A DNA stretch of 64,000 bases, from contig BTWA01000001.1 in assembly GCA_045863295.1 (NCBI GenBank), forward strand, positions 32,001-96,000. Direction: 5' to 3'. Of this stretch, positions 17,851 through 26,300 are shown in pieces; position 1 is the first letter of the stretch; every line of letters starts with the position of its first letter. Origin of the DNA: Candidatus Hydrogenedentota bacterium (GTDB lineage: Bacteria; Hydrogenedentota; Hydrogenedentia; Hydrogenedentales; SLHB01). A model generated the notes under the pieces. That model saw only the letters and a program-made list of their open reading frames with translations, made no database searches and was not told the DNA's origin. Both the position numbers and the translations under genes were made by a program.

Positions 17851-18016
17851 CGAGCATGCCATTGCGCCCGACTGGGAGGTTTCCCTGTTCTTGCCGCTTT
17901 CGTCCGATGCAAAGAGGAGGTCGCACATTGCCCCATACGGTCTTCTTCATTGTCGCCACGGCGGGCTTCGAAACCGCAATCGAGCTTGCTTGGCTAGGGC
18001 GGCAACAAGCTACCGC
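17851..18016 (+). repeat. 166-bp direct repeat, right copy
   Basis: 159/166 identical to 12057-12222 (offset 5794 nt). Ends 11 nt before the xerD stop codon. Confidence 0.95.
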
Positions 18017-18027
18017 AGGCCAGAGAA

Positions 18028-18939
18028 TTATCCCCTCGGATGAAACGCTTTGTGGGCTTTGCTCAATCGATCCGTGCTGACGTGCGTGTAGATTTGCGTG
18101 GTGGCAATGTCGGCGTGGCCGAGCATTTCCTGCACGGCGCGCAAGTCGGCGCCGTTGTCGACGAGGTGCGTGGCGAACGAATGCCGCAGTGTGTGCGGCG
18201 TGACATTGCCGCGGACGTTCGCCTGTCGCGCGTAGCGTTTGACTACGCGCCATGCGCTCGTGCGGCCCATTGGCCCTTTGCGTTTCATGGAAAGAAAGAC
18301 CGTGTCGGCGCGCGTATCCATCTTCGTGCGTTGGCGGATCCAGGCGTTCAATGCTTTTACCGCCTCTTCTCCCAACGGCACGATGCGCGTCTTGGAGCCT
18401 TTTCCCGTGACGCGAACCGAACTCTCTTCCACCGATACATCGCGCAGGCGCAACGTGATGAGTTCGCTGATGCGGAGTCCGCACGAATAAAACAGTTCCA
18501 GCATTGCCGCATCGCGAACGCCTTCGGGAGTCGATCGATCCGGTGCGGCGATCATGCGATCCACTTCGCGGGTCGTCATGACATCGGGCAGGCCTTTCGT
18601 GATGCGCGGCGACTCGAACCCTTCGGTGGGGTCGCCTTTGGCGAGTCCCTCGTCGCGGACAAAGCGGTGAAACCGCCGGATAGCGCTCAAGTGCCGCATG
18701 GCCGAACGCGCGGACAAGCCCTCCTTACGCAGTGCGATGAGATGATCCAGCAAACGTTCGCGGGTTACCTGTCCGAGGTCGGTCACTCCGGCTTCGGCCA
18801 AGTGATTGAGATAGCGCTGTAAGTCGGCGGCATATGCGGCGAGTGTTTTTTCGGCCAGACCGGATTCGAAGACGGCGGCCTGCATAAACCGATCGAGGTA
18901 CGGCCCGAACGGGCTGGTGTTTTGGACATCCTTATCCAT
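18028..18939 (-). CDS. xerD: Site-specific tyrosine recombinase XerD
   Basis: GLAEKTLAAYAADL, RDAAMLELFYSCGLRISEL, VTGKGSKTRIVP, TPHTLRHSFATHLVDNGADLRAVQEMLGHADIATTQIYTHV, and C-terminal HKAFHPRG. Confidence 0.9.
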   Translation of the reverse strand: MDKDVQNTSPFGPYLDRFMQAAVFESGLAEKTLAAYAADLQRYLNHLAEAGVTDLGQVTRERLLDHLIALRKEGLSARSAMRHLSAIRRFHRFVRDEGLAKGDPTEGFESPRITKGLPDVMTTREVDRMIAAPDRSTPEGVRDAAMLELFYSCGLRISELITLRLRDVSVEESSVRVTGKGSKTRIVPLGEEAVKALNAWIRQRTKMDTRADTVFLSMKRKGPMGRTSAWRVVKRYARQANVRGNVTPHTLRHSFATHLVDNGADLRAVQEMLGHADIATTQIYTHVSTDRLSKAHKAFHPRG

Positions 18940-19083
18940 GGGTGTATTGTACCAGATGTGTCAAGAATTTAGTATCGCCTCGTCTGGCAACCCTAATGAT
19001 TGAGTGTAATGCCCGACTCCCCGCTGGGTAAGGTGAATTGTCAGGAGTTTACGGCGCAACGAAGCGCATGGAGTAGCGACGGC

Positions 19084-19257
19084 ATGAGCAAGCCGAAAAC
19101 AATTTCAAAACCCAAGTCACTTTTTATCAAGGAGTTGGAAACGCCGCCCGCGTTGGCGGTGACTCAGGTCACGACTTTGGCGTTGGGCGAAGAGGGCGAT
19201 TCCAGTTTTCCCATTTCGCTGCCGGTGTTGGAGTATTTGAAGGGCAAAGCTGTTTAA
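19084..19257 (+). CDS. Graspetide (plesiocin-type, TTxxxxEE) RiPP precursor peptide, 57 aa
   Basis: MSKPKTISKPKS-LFIKEL-ETPPALAVTQV-TTLALGEE-GDSSFPISLPVLEYLKGKAV. Leader and core mirror plesiocin PsnA2 (LFIEDL...TTLAIGEE). GGAG RBS; ends 12 nt before the ATP-grasp gene. Confidence 0.85.
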   Translation: MSKPKTISKPKSLFIKELETPPALAVTQVTTLALGEEGDSSFPISLPVLEYLKGKAV

Positions 19258-19269
19258 CGGCGGCCACGG

Positions 19270-20178
19270 ATGGCGGCTGTACTGATACTGGGTTCGGAGA
19301 CGGACCCGCAAGTTGAACGGGCACGGAACGGCATACGGGCGCATGGCGGTCGGTCCTACTTGTGCGATACAACCACCCTTTCGGACCATACCTGCCTATC
19401 GATTCGCGATAACCGGGTTTATCTCGGATCGCGGACCATTCCCCCCATACAGTCCGTGTATTTGCGTGGGTTGGGCGTCAGCCCGCTTGCGCCTGAATGC
19501 CGTGACGATATGCGCAGGCGGCCTTACGGCCTCCTGGCTCAGGTAGACGAGCGCCGATCCCTGTTGGGGTCGGCGCTCAAGCTTTTGGAAGCGCGAGGGG
19601 TCCGAATCGTCAATACGATCGAGGCCAATGGGCTGCATGCGTTCAAACCGTACCAGCTTGCACGGATTGCTCAGGCCGGCGTGCCGGTGCCCCCCACACT
19701 GGCCAGCGCGGATCCCGGGCTGGTCCGGCAATTCGCGCATGCTCATGGGCGCGTGGTGTATAAACCCATTGGCGGAGGCGCATTGGTGCAACCGCTGACC
19801 GCGGCGGATCTTTCGCCCGAGCGGATCGAAGCGCTTGCGTTGGCGCCGGTGCTGTTTCAGAAATGGTGCGATGGCATTTCCCTCCGCGTATATGTGGCCG
19901 GACGCAAAGCCATTGCGGCGGCCGCGATTCACTCGACCGAACTCGACTACCGGCGCAAAGAAGACGCGGTGACTCCAATTCGCCTGACGGCGGATGAACG
20001 CCGCGCCGCCATTGCCGCCGCCAAGGCCTGCGGCATGCCCTTCACGGGGGTTGACCTGATCCGAATGAAGCGCGGCTTTGTCGTGCTGGAGTGCAACCCT
20101 TCGCCCATGTTCGCCGCGTTTGAAGACAAGACCGGCTTGGATGTTTCCGGGCCGTTGGCGCGTCTTCTGCTGGCCTGA
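19270..20178 (+). CDS. ATP-grasp ligase / graspetide synthetase (PsnB-like, RimK superfamily)
   Basis: FKPYQL...AGVPVPPTLAS, VVYKPIGGGA, APVLFQKW, LRVYVAG, ELDYRR (DFR-like), FTGVDLIR, VLECNPSPMF. Directly after the TTxxxxEE peptide. Confidence 0.88.
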   Translation: MAAVLILGSETDPQVERARNGIRAHGGRSYLCDTTTLSDHTCLSIRDNRVYLGSRTIPPIQSVYLRGLGVSPLAPECRDDMRRRPYGLLAQVDERRSLLGSALKLLEARGVRIVNTIEANGLHAFKPYQLARIAQAGVPVPPTLASADPGLVRQFAHAHGRVVYKPIGGGALVQPLTAADLSPERIEALALAPVLFQKWCDGISLRVYVAGRKAIAAAAIHSTELDYRRKEDAVTPIRLTADERRAAIAAAKACGMPFTGVDLIRMKRGFVVLECNPSPMFAAFEDKTGLDVSGPLARLLLA

Positions 20179-20218
20179 GACGGGGTCCATGTGGTATTCT
20201 CGCGGTGGTTCAGTTACC

Positions 20219-20259
20219 CCGGACGAGACGCGCCGTACCCGGTCAAGACAAGACGACGC
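20219..20259 (+). ncRNA. Guanidine-III riboswitch (ykkC-III)
   Basis: CCGGACGAGACGCGCCGTACCCGGTCAAGACAAGACGACGC closely matches the ykkC-III pseudoknot (CCGG-ACGAG...CGCCGU-A-CCCGG...ACAAG-ACGRCGC) and lies just upstream of an SMR exporter. Confidence 0.92.
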
Positions 20260-20290
20260 ACCTTAGACCCATGTGTTAAGGAGCGTTCTC

Positions 20291-20611
20291 ATGGCTTGGC
20301 TTATTTTGTTTTTGGCGGGTTTGTTGGAAACGGTCTGGGCGATTGGACTGAAATACACGCACGGGTTTACCCGTTTCTGGCCTAGCGTTTTCACCATTGC
20401 CGCAATCGCCGCCAGCATGTACCTGCTCGCTGTTGCGTCGCGATCGTTGCCGATCGGCACCGCCTACGCCGTGTGGGTCGGCATCGGCGCGGCAGGTACG
20501 GTTGTTCTCGGCGCATTCCTCTTGGGCGAGCCTTTGAACCTGCCCCGGGTGTTCTTTCTCGCGCTGCTGGGCATTTCCATCGCCGGACTGAAGCTAACCG
20601 CGGCTCACTAG
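20291..20611 (+). CDS. sugE: SMR-family guanidinium exporter (SugE/Gdx)
   Basis: MAWLILFLAGLLETVWAIGLKYTHGFTR (membrane Glu13), SLPIGTAYAVWVGIG, AGLKL. Guanidine riboswitch upstream. Confidence 0.93.
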   Translation: MAWLILFLAGLLETVWAIGLKYTHGFTRFWPSVFTIAAIAASMYLLAVASRSLPIGTAYAVWVGIGAAGTVVLGAFLLGEPLNLPRVFFLALLGISIAGLKLTAAH

Positions 20612-22125
20612 GCCGAAAGTGCCGCCTCGAACCGGTGTATCAAATCTTCGATGGGCTCCAAACCCACGGAGACCCGCACGAGATACGGTGACACGCCCAC
20701 AGACTCCACCCATTCGAGTTCCTGGTAATGGGCCAGCAGCGTGTATGGACAAGCCAGCGTAAACACCGTGCCCAAGCTGGGCCCTTTGGAGACGCGCAAC
20801 GCATCGTAAAACCGTGGCGCCGTGTTGGGTGCATCGTGCAACAAGAGAGAAAACAGGCCGCCGTACCCTGCCCCGTCCCGCATAACGGCCGCGTAGTTTT
20901 CCGGCGTGTCGTACTTCGGGTAGTAGATGCGCTGCACCTTGGGGTGTTTTCGGAGATGGTCGCACAGTGCTTCCGCGTTGGCGTTGATTTGCCGCATGCG
21001 ATCAGGAAAATCCCGCGAATTGGATTCCAAGGTGACGGCATCCTCCCACCAGAGCCGGTCTTCGTATTCGACGGCGTGGGCAGTCTTCAACTCATTGTAG
21101 AACGGCGAATTCGAGTTCAGTATCAACGCGCCGCCCATGACATCGATCGATCCCGAGAAGTACTTGGTCAGGCTGGTGATGATCACGTCCGCGTAAGGCA
21201 ACAAGTCCGCGTTAATATACGAGGCGACGGTCTCATCCACGACCAGCGGCACGCCTCGCTCACGCAATGCTCTCGACAGGCGCGGCAGTTCCGCGCATTG
21301 CAGCAACGGATTGGCTGCGTGCTCGCAAAACAGCGCGCCAAAGGATTCGTTGGCGAGCAGCCATTCCACCGATTCATGGCTCTTTGCACCAAAATCAGGG
21401 AAAAACTCACGGGAAGGACCCCATTTCGTTTGAATATGCAGAAGATCCACATACGGAAAGCCGAGCTGAATCGTACGGGCGCCAGGCCGGCGTTCCCTCG
21501 CGGTTATCAGCGCACCGTTCAAAGCGGCCATACCGGAAGGATATAGAAACACATTGTCCGCGACTTCACCCGTCAACGTGGCAATGCGTTCCCGCACAGT
21601 CTGCTTGGCTTCGCGGCCTTCCCCCCGATCCGCCCGTTCTTCCAGGGTGGCGAGGGCGAGCCGGGAACTGACGATGTCGCCGTAATGCTGCCAGAACTTC
21701 TTGGCCAAACCGACAGCCTCGGCCGGAAAGATGGCCACGAACACATGGTTAAGTCCATACGGCTCAATCCGGGCCTGAACACCCTGGGTTTCCGCCATGA
21801 ATTGCCTGCACCGGGTGGCAACGCGCTCGGACGGCAAAGCAATGCACAGTTCGTTGGGATTGGCAAACCGCTCCCTGCACCGGTAGAACAGGTCGTTGAC
21901 GATAGGGTTAAACACGAACCGGGGATAGCCGCAGGACAAAGCCTCCAACAGAATGGGGTCATTTTCCTCGTACCTGACGACATGTTCCCACCGTGGCAGG
22001 GCGACAGATACCGCGTGAGGCGAGTCCGGAATGGGTTTGCCCAAATCCGCTTCTCGCCAGAGGGGGGCCTTCCATAACTTGTTCACGGGGGTAAGGAACT
22101 CCTTGTATGGTCGCGTAGGGCGCAA
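20608..22125 (-). CDS. PLP-dependent Cys/Met metabolism enzyme, long cystathionine gamma-synthase-like form
   Basis: LGKPIPDSPHAVSVALPRW, GYPRFV, FLYPSGMAA, GFPYVD, ITSLTKYFSGSIDVMGG (PLP Lys), KGPSLGTVFTLACPYTLLAHY, LVRVSVGLE. Exact start uncertain. Confidence 0.85.
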   Translation of the reverse strand: MRPTRPYKEFLTPVNKLWKAPLWREADLGKPIPDSPHAVSVALPRWEHVVRYEENDPILLEALSCGYPRFVFNPIVNDLFYRCRERFANPNELCIALPSERVATRCRQFMAETQGVQARIEPYGLNHVFVAIFPAEAVGLAKKFWQHYGDIVSSRLALATLEERADRGEGREAKQTVRERIATLTGEVADNVFLYPSGMAALNGALITARERRPGARTIQLGFPYVDLLHIQTKWGPSREFFPDFGAKSHESVEWLLANESFGALFCEHAANPLLQCAELPRLSRALRERGVPLVVDETVASYINADLLPYADVIITSLTKYFSGSIDVMGGALILNSNSPFYNELKTAHAVEYEDRLWWEDAVTLESNSRDFPDRMRQINANAEALCDHLRKHPKVQRIYYPKYDTPENYAAVMRDGAGYGGLFSLLLHDAPNTAPRFYDALRVSKGPSLGTVFTLACPYTLLAHYQELEWVESVGVSPYLVRVSVGLEPIEDLIHRFEAALSA

Positions 22126-22358
22126 AACCTTCGCCCTAGAGACATTTACGCCGCATTATACTCTCGAGGCCTCTACATATGAATGCACTATGCACGATCC
22201 GTCTCCTCAACCCGCTGTTGGCCAGCCGGTTGCCGCTCTTTCCACCGTCAACGGACAGGCACTTAACGGGTAGGGCACCGCTTGTGTTCCCAGGTCTGCC
22301 TCGGTACAGTGATGCTTGGGCCTGGTCTACCTGCTGCGGCAGCGAGTGGGACATATCC

Positions 22359-24095
22359 ATGACGATGCAACGATTGGCAAAACTCATGTGCCTTTTTGCG
22401 CTTGCCGCGTACAGCGTGGGCTGCGGCGAGTTCAAGGTGCCGCTGGCATGGGTCCTGCCGAACAAAGCCGGCGACAATCCCCCAAACAATCCTCCGGATG
22501 ACAACGACGACGGGGGCGAGACTCCCGACGATGGATCCGGCGGTGGCGGCGATGATGGGGGCGACGATGGTGATGATGGCGGCGGCGGGTCTGGAGGAGG
22601 TGGCCAAGTCGATACCCGGTTCAGCGGCACATGGATAGCCGCCTACGGCGACGATCTGCCGGCCGGGCTGGGACGGCGCCAGCACGTGGTACAACTGACA
22701 TTGTCGCAGTCGAACGCGACGGTGACGGGGTCGGGCCAGATGGCGCGATTCTACAATACGGGTCCTGTTGCATTCGACACGAATCCGTTTCTCCTGGATG
22801 TCAACGGAACTGTGAGTGGCAGCGACGCTACGCTCAATCTCAGCGCCGTCAGTGGATCGCCTTTCACCTTCAATCCGCAGTGGATCGTCCGATACGGCGG
22901 CAATACCTTGGTAGGCGTGTTTGCCGAGAAAGACCCGAACAACGGGTCGCTCGCGAACGGCGGCCGCATGGGTGGCGCGCAGTGGCACCGCGTGACCTCC
23001 CTCAATCCGACGGGGGATTGGGTTGCCTCGTATGCGGATGCGTTTGGCGGGGGCGCATTTCAGCCCCGAGACCGCACCGCCCAGCTTTCGCTCACCCGAA
23101 ATCCCGACAGCACCGTAACGGGACTCGGATCTTTTGTCGAGTTTGGGACGGCGGGCGGGCCTTTTCCCTTCAGCTTTGACCTGGTTGACGGGGGATCTCA
23201 GTTACGGCAAGTTCGGTTCACGTTGGGCAATTTTCAGCCGCTGGATGGCACCGAAGACTGGTACACACTCCAAACAGGGGACGTCTTGGTGGGCGGATAC
23301 AGCCGGTTTAATGACAACGATGCCGCGGTTCGCTCCGGTCATGCGACGTGGCGGCGATCGGGGGCGGTGCAATCGAATGATTACGTGCGCGAATGGGTGA
23401 CCGCGTTCGGCGACACGCAGCCTACCGGCGACGACGGATCGGATTTTCTGATCGCGTTCGAGAGCATCGTACTCAACGGCAATGCGGTAACCGGATCCGC
23501 GCGCGTGTGGGACGAAAGCGAATCGAGCCCGGCATTCCGTTCGTTCACCATCGAAAATGGGACCGTGGTGGGGACCAATCTCGTGCTCGATCTGGTTTTC
23601 GGCAACAGGCGGTTTTCGTGGGACATGCGAATCGCCAACGGTACGCTGGCGGGATCCTACCGCCGCACCGGCATCAATGATTCGTTTCAGGGACGCGGTC
23701 ATGCTGAATGGGGATTTGGTTCGCGCTCGAATCTCGCAGGTACGTGGGCCGCATCCTTTTTTGACACGTACAGCGCCAACCTCGACGCCAATCAAGTTGA
23801 CGATCGGGCCAGCCAACTTGCCGTCATGACGATTTCCAGTGTGGACGGCAATGGCGCGGTTAGTGGTACCGGCTTCCTGCGTCTGGCGAACGAAACCACG
23901 CGCCGTAACTTTACCATCACAGGTCAAGTCGTCGCGGAAGGTGTGGAAATCGTTTGGTCGGGTGCCGACTTGTTTGGCCAGACCTTGTGGCAGACCCAGA
24001 AAGCGGGCAGCCGGTTGTTTGGCACCTATACTAACCTCAATGATCAAAACGGCGTTGAACAACAAGGTCACGCCACATTTCTTCGAATGAACTGA
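22359..24095 (+). CDS. Lipoprotein with a Gly/Asp-rich linker and four tandem repeats of about 120 aa (beta-barrel-like)
   Basis: Lipobox AYSVG-C. Repeats start at FSGTW, PTGDW, YVREW, LAGTW and end at GGAQW, GHATW, GHAEW, GHATF. Confidence 0.75.
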   Translation: MTMQRLAKLMCLFALAAYSVGCGEFKVPLAWVLPNKAGDNPPNNPPDDNDDGGETPDDGSGGGGDDGGDDGDDGGGGSGGGGQVDTRFSGTWIAAYGDDLPAGLGRRQHVVQLTLSQSNATVTGSGQMARFYNTGPVAFDTNPFLLDVNGTVSGSDATLNLSAVSGSPFTFNPQWIVRYGGNTLVGVFAEKDPNNGSLANGGRMGGAQWHRVTSLNPTGDWVASYADAFGGGAFQPRDRTAQLSLTRNPDSTVTGLGSFVEFGTAGGPFPFSFDLVDGGSQLRQVRFTLGNFQPLDGTEDWYTLQTGDVLVGGYSRFNDNDAAVRSGHATWRRSGAVQSNDYVREWVTAFGDTQPTGDDGSDFLIAFESIVLNGNAVTGSARVWDESESSPAFRSFTIENGTVVGTNLVLDLVFGNRRFSWDMRIANGTLAGSYRRTGINDSFQGRGHAEWGFGSRSNLAGTWAASFFDTYSANLDANQVDDRASQLAVMTISSVDGNGAVSGTGFLRLANETTRRNFTITGQVVAEGVEIVWSGADLFGQTLWQTQKAGSRLFGTYTNLNDQNGVEQQGHATFLRMN

Positions 24096-24113
24096 CCTTC
24101 CAGGGGAGAACTC

Positions 24114-25808
24114 ATGCTAGGGATTGGATTCTGGGACTGGGCCGCCATTCTGGTCTATCTGTTTGGCATCACCGCCATCGGCGTTTGGACCGTCACCCGT
24201 ATCAAAGACAGCGCCGACTTTTTCATGGGCGGCCGCATGCACAACAAATGGTTCATGATGTTCTTTGCATTTGGATCGGGCACCAGTGGCAACGACGCCG
24301 TGGGCGTCTCGGCGAAAACGTACACAAGCGGCATGTCGGGCATCTGGTACCAATGGCTATGGTTGTTTGCCACGCCGTTTTATTGGCTCATCGCCCCCGC
24401 CATGCGCCGAATGCGTTGCATCACAACAGGCGATTACTTTGAGCAGCGGTACGACTCCAGTGTGGCCGGGCTGTACAGTCTGGTCGGTGTGCTCCAACTG
24501 ACCTTCAACATAGGCATTTTGCTACTGGGTTGCGGCACCATGATAGACGCCGTCACCCAGGGCGCCATCGACAAAAATTTCGCCATCGTAGGCATGACCG
24601 TGATGTTCGTGCTGTACGGCGTTGCCGGCGGATTGACCGCGGCCATCATCACCGATTTCATCCAAGGCATTCTCACTGTGGTCCTGTCATTCATGTTGTT
24701 GCCGGTCGCCTTGAAACACGTTGGCGGAATGTCTGGACTGCGCGAAGCGATTGGCGATCCACACATGTTCACGATTGTCTCGCCCGGGGAGATCAATCTC
24801 TTCCACATTATCATGTCGTGTACGTTGGCGTTGGCGGGCATTGCGACGCAGCCCCATATTATGGGCGTATGCGCCGCCGGCAAGACTGAATTTGAAGGGC
24901 GATTCGGCTTTGCTTCCGGTAACCTTTTGAAGCGGTTCTGCACTATCCCCTGGATGTTGGTGGGGTTGTGTGGGGTGGCCATGTATCCGGGGCTTACGGG
25001 AAGCGAAACGGATCAGATCTATGGACGCGTTGCGCGCGACCTGTTGCCGGGCGTTATGCCTGGACTGGTCGGCATATTCCTTGCCGCATTGCTGGCGTCC
25101 GTCATGTCGTCTTGCGATGCCTTCATGGTGTCCTGTTCGGGCCTGTTCACACAGAATTTTTACCGTCGCTTTATTGGCAAGAACCGGACCGAAGGGCACT
25201 ATGTATTCGTGGGGCGCATTGTTTCGGTGTTTATTGTAGTGATAGGGCTGATGTTCGCGTACACCGTATCCAATGTACCGCGCGGCCTTGAGCTGTTCTT
25301 TCAGTTCCAGGCGCTAATGGCCGCCGCGTTCTGGCTGGGTTTGTTCTGGCGGCGCACGACGGTGGCCGGAGCGTGGGCGGGCACACTGGTCTGCCTTGGT
25401 GTCTGGGCCGTTACCAGTTTGCCCCCATTGCAGGGCTGGTATGCTCAAAACCTGCCCGAATTCATGATTTGGAATGACCGCCTGCGGTATTCATACAGTT
25501 CCTTCTTTTACCTGAGCGCCGGCTTTGCCACCGCGGTGGTGGTCAGCCTTTTCACGAAACGGGTGGCCCAGGAAAAGCTGGATCGCCTGTACACATGCCT
25601 GCGCACCCCCATCCAGGAGAACGAACCCCATCAGGCGCCATTTACCGTGCCGGCGGGATCATCGCCGACTGTGAGAAAATTGGTTGCCCACCCCGATTTC
25701 GAGATCTATGTGCCGTCGGCGCAGTCGCTCGCGGGTTTTGGGGTGTTCTGGGCCTTTGTGGTGGGTCTGATTGGTTTTGTCTACTGGCTGACGGGACTTG
25801 GACAGTAA
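24114..25808 (+). CDS. Sodium:solute symporter (SSS) family protein
   Basis: Many TM helices, DFFMGGR, ITTGDYFEQRY, YGVAGGLTAAIITDFIQG, GIFLAALLASVMSSCD. Confidence 0.92.
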   Translation: MLGIGFWDWAAILVYLFGITAIGVWTVTRIKDSADFFMGGRMHNKWFMMFFAFGSGTSGNDAVGVSAKTYTSGMSGIWYQWLWLFATPFYWLIAPAMRRMRCITTGDYFEQRYDSSVAGLYSLVGVLQLTFNIGILLLGCGTMIDAVTQGAIDKNFAIVGMTVMFVLYGVAGGLTAAIITDFIQGILTVVLSFMLLPVALKHVGGMSGLREAIGDPHMFTIVSPGEINLFHIIMSCTLALAGIATQPHIMGVCAAGKTEFEGRFGFASGNLLKRFCTIPWMLVGLCGVAMYPGLTGSETDQIYGRVARDLLPGVMPGLVGIFLAALLASVMSSCDAFMVSCSGLFTQNFYRRFIGKNRTEGHYVFVGRIVSVFIVVIGLMFAYTVSNVPRGLELFFQFQALMAAAFWLGLFWRRTTVAGAWAGTLVCLGVWAVTSLPPLQGWYAQNLPEFMIWNDRLRYSYSSFFYLSAGFATAVVVSLFTKRVAQEKLDRLYTCLRTPIQENEPHQAPFTVPAGSSPTVRKLVAHPDFEIYVPSAQSLAGFGVFWAFVVGLIGFVYWLTGLGQ

Positions 25809-25931
25809 GCGGCCAGCCGACTTTGATCGCTTGTGTCCCGATCCTTTCCGGGGTAGTATGTAGCAATACCGAATTTGCACTTACTTGGGGCTGGCGCGTG
25901 CAATCCGCATGCGAGGGGCAAGGAGAGAATC

Positions 25932-26294
25932 ATGGCGCCATCAGGCGACGAACGACGCCGTTATCCGCGCAGCCGGCGGGGCTTTGCCGCGCTGGAGGAC
26001 AAAGGCGGACCGGGTGTTTTAAATCATGTGGACAACATCAGCGCGAACGGCGTGCTGTGTCATACCGTGAAACCTATTCCGCTCATGACAAAGATGAGCA
26101 TCGTGTTGGAGCTTCCCACGGATCCCGTGCAACGCGTGGAAGCCGAAGGCATTGTCGTCCGGTGCGATCCGCATGAACTGGGCGACGACCATTTCAAGGT
26201 GGCCATTATCTACACCAAGATTGGCGATGAAGATCTCGATGCGATCCACAATTTTGTGGAGGCCGATCTAGCCGCGTCCACCACCGAAGACTGA
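25932..26294 (+). CDS. Stand-alone PilZ-domain c-di-GMP receptor
   Basis: ERRRYPR (RxxxR) and NISANG ([D/N]xSxxG). RBS AGGAG. Confidence 0.85.
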   Translation: MAPSGDERRRYPRSRRGFAALEDKGGPGVLNHVDNISANGVLCHTVKPIPLMTKMSIVLELPTDPVQRVEAEGIVVRCDPHELGDDHFKVAIIYTKIGDEDLDAIHNFVEADLAASTTED

Positions 26295-26300
26295 GGCATT

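Noticed and set aside
12057..18016. CRISPR array or prophage att sites
   Set aside because: Only two long copies 5.8 kb apart, with no spacer periodicity, no cas genes, no tRNA target and no structural phage genes.
12057..18939. Integron (tyrosine recombinase plus repeat-separated cassettes)
   Set aside because: The recombinase has XerD hallmarks and no IntI-specific insertion. The repeats lack attC RYYYAAC...GTTRRRY ends and lie downstream of the gene.
22480..22610. GGC/GAT low-complexity tandem repeat
   Set aside because: It encodes the Gly/Asp linker of the lipoprotein and is not an independent DNA element.
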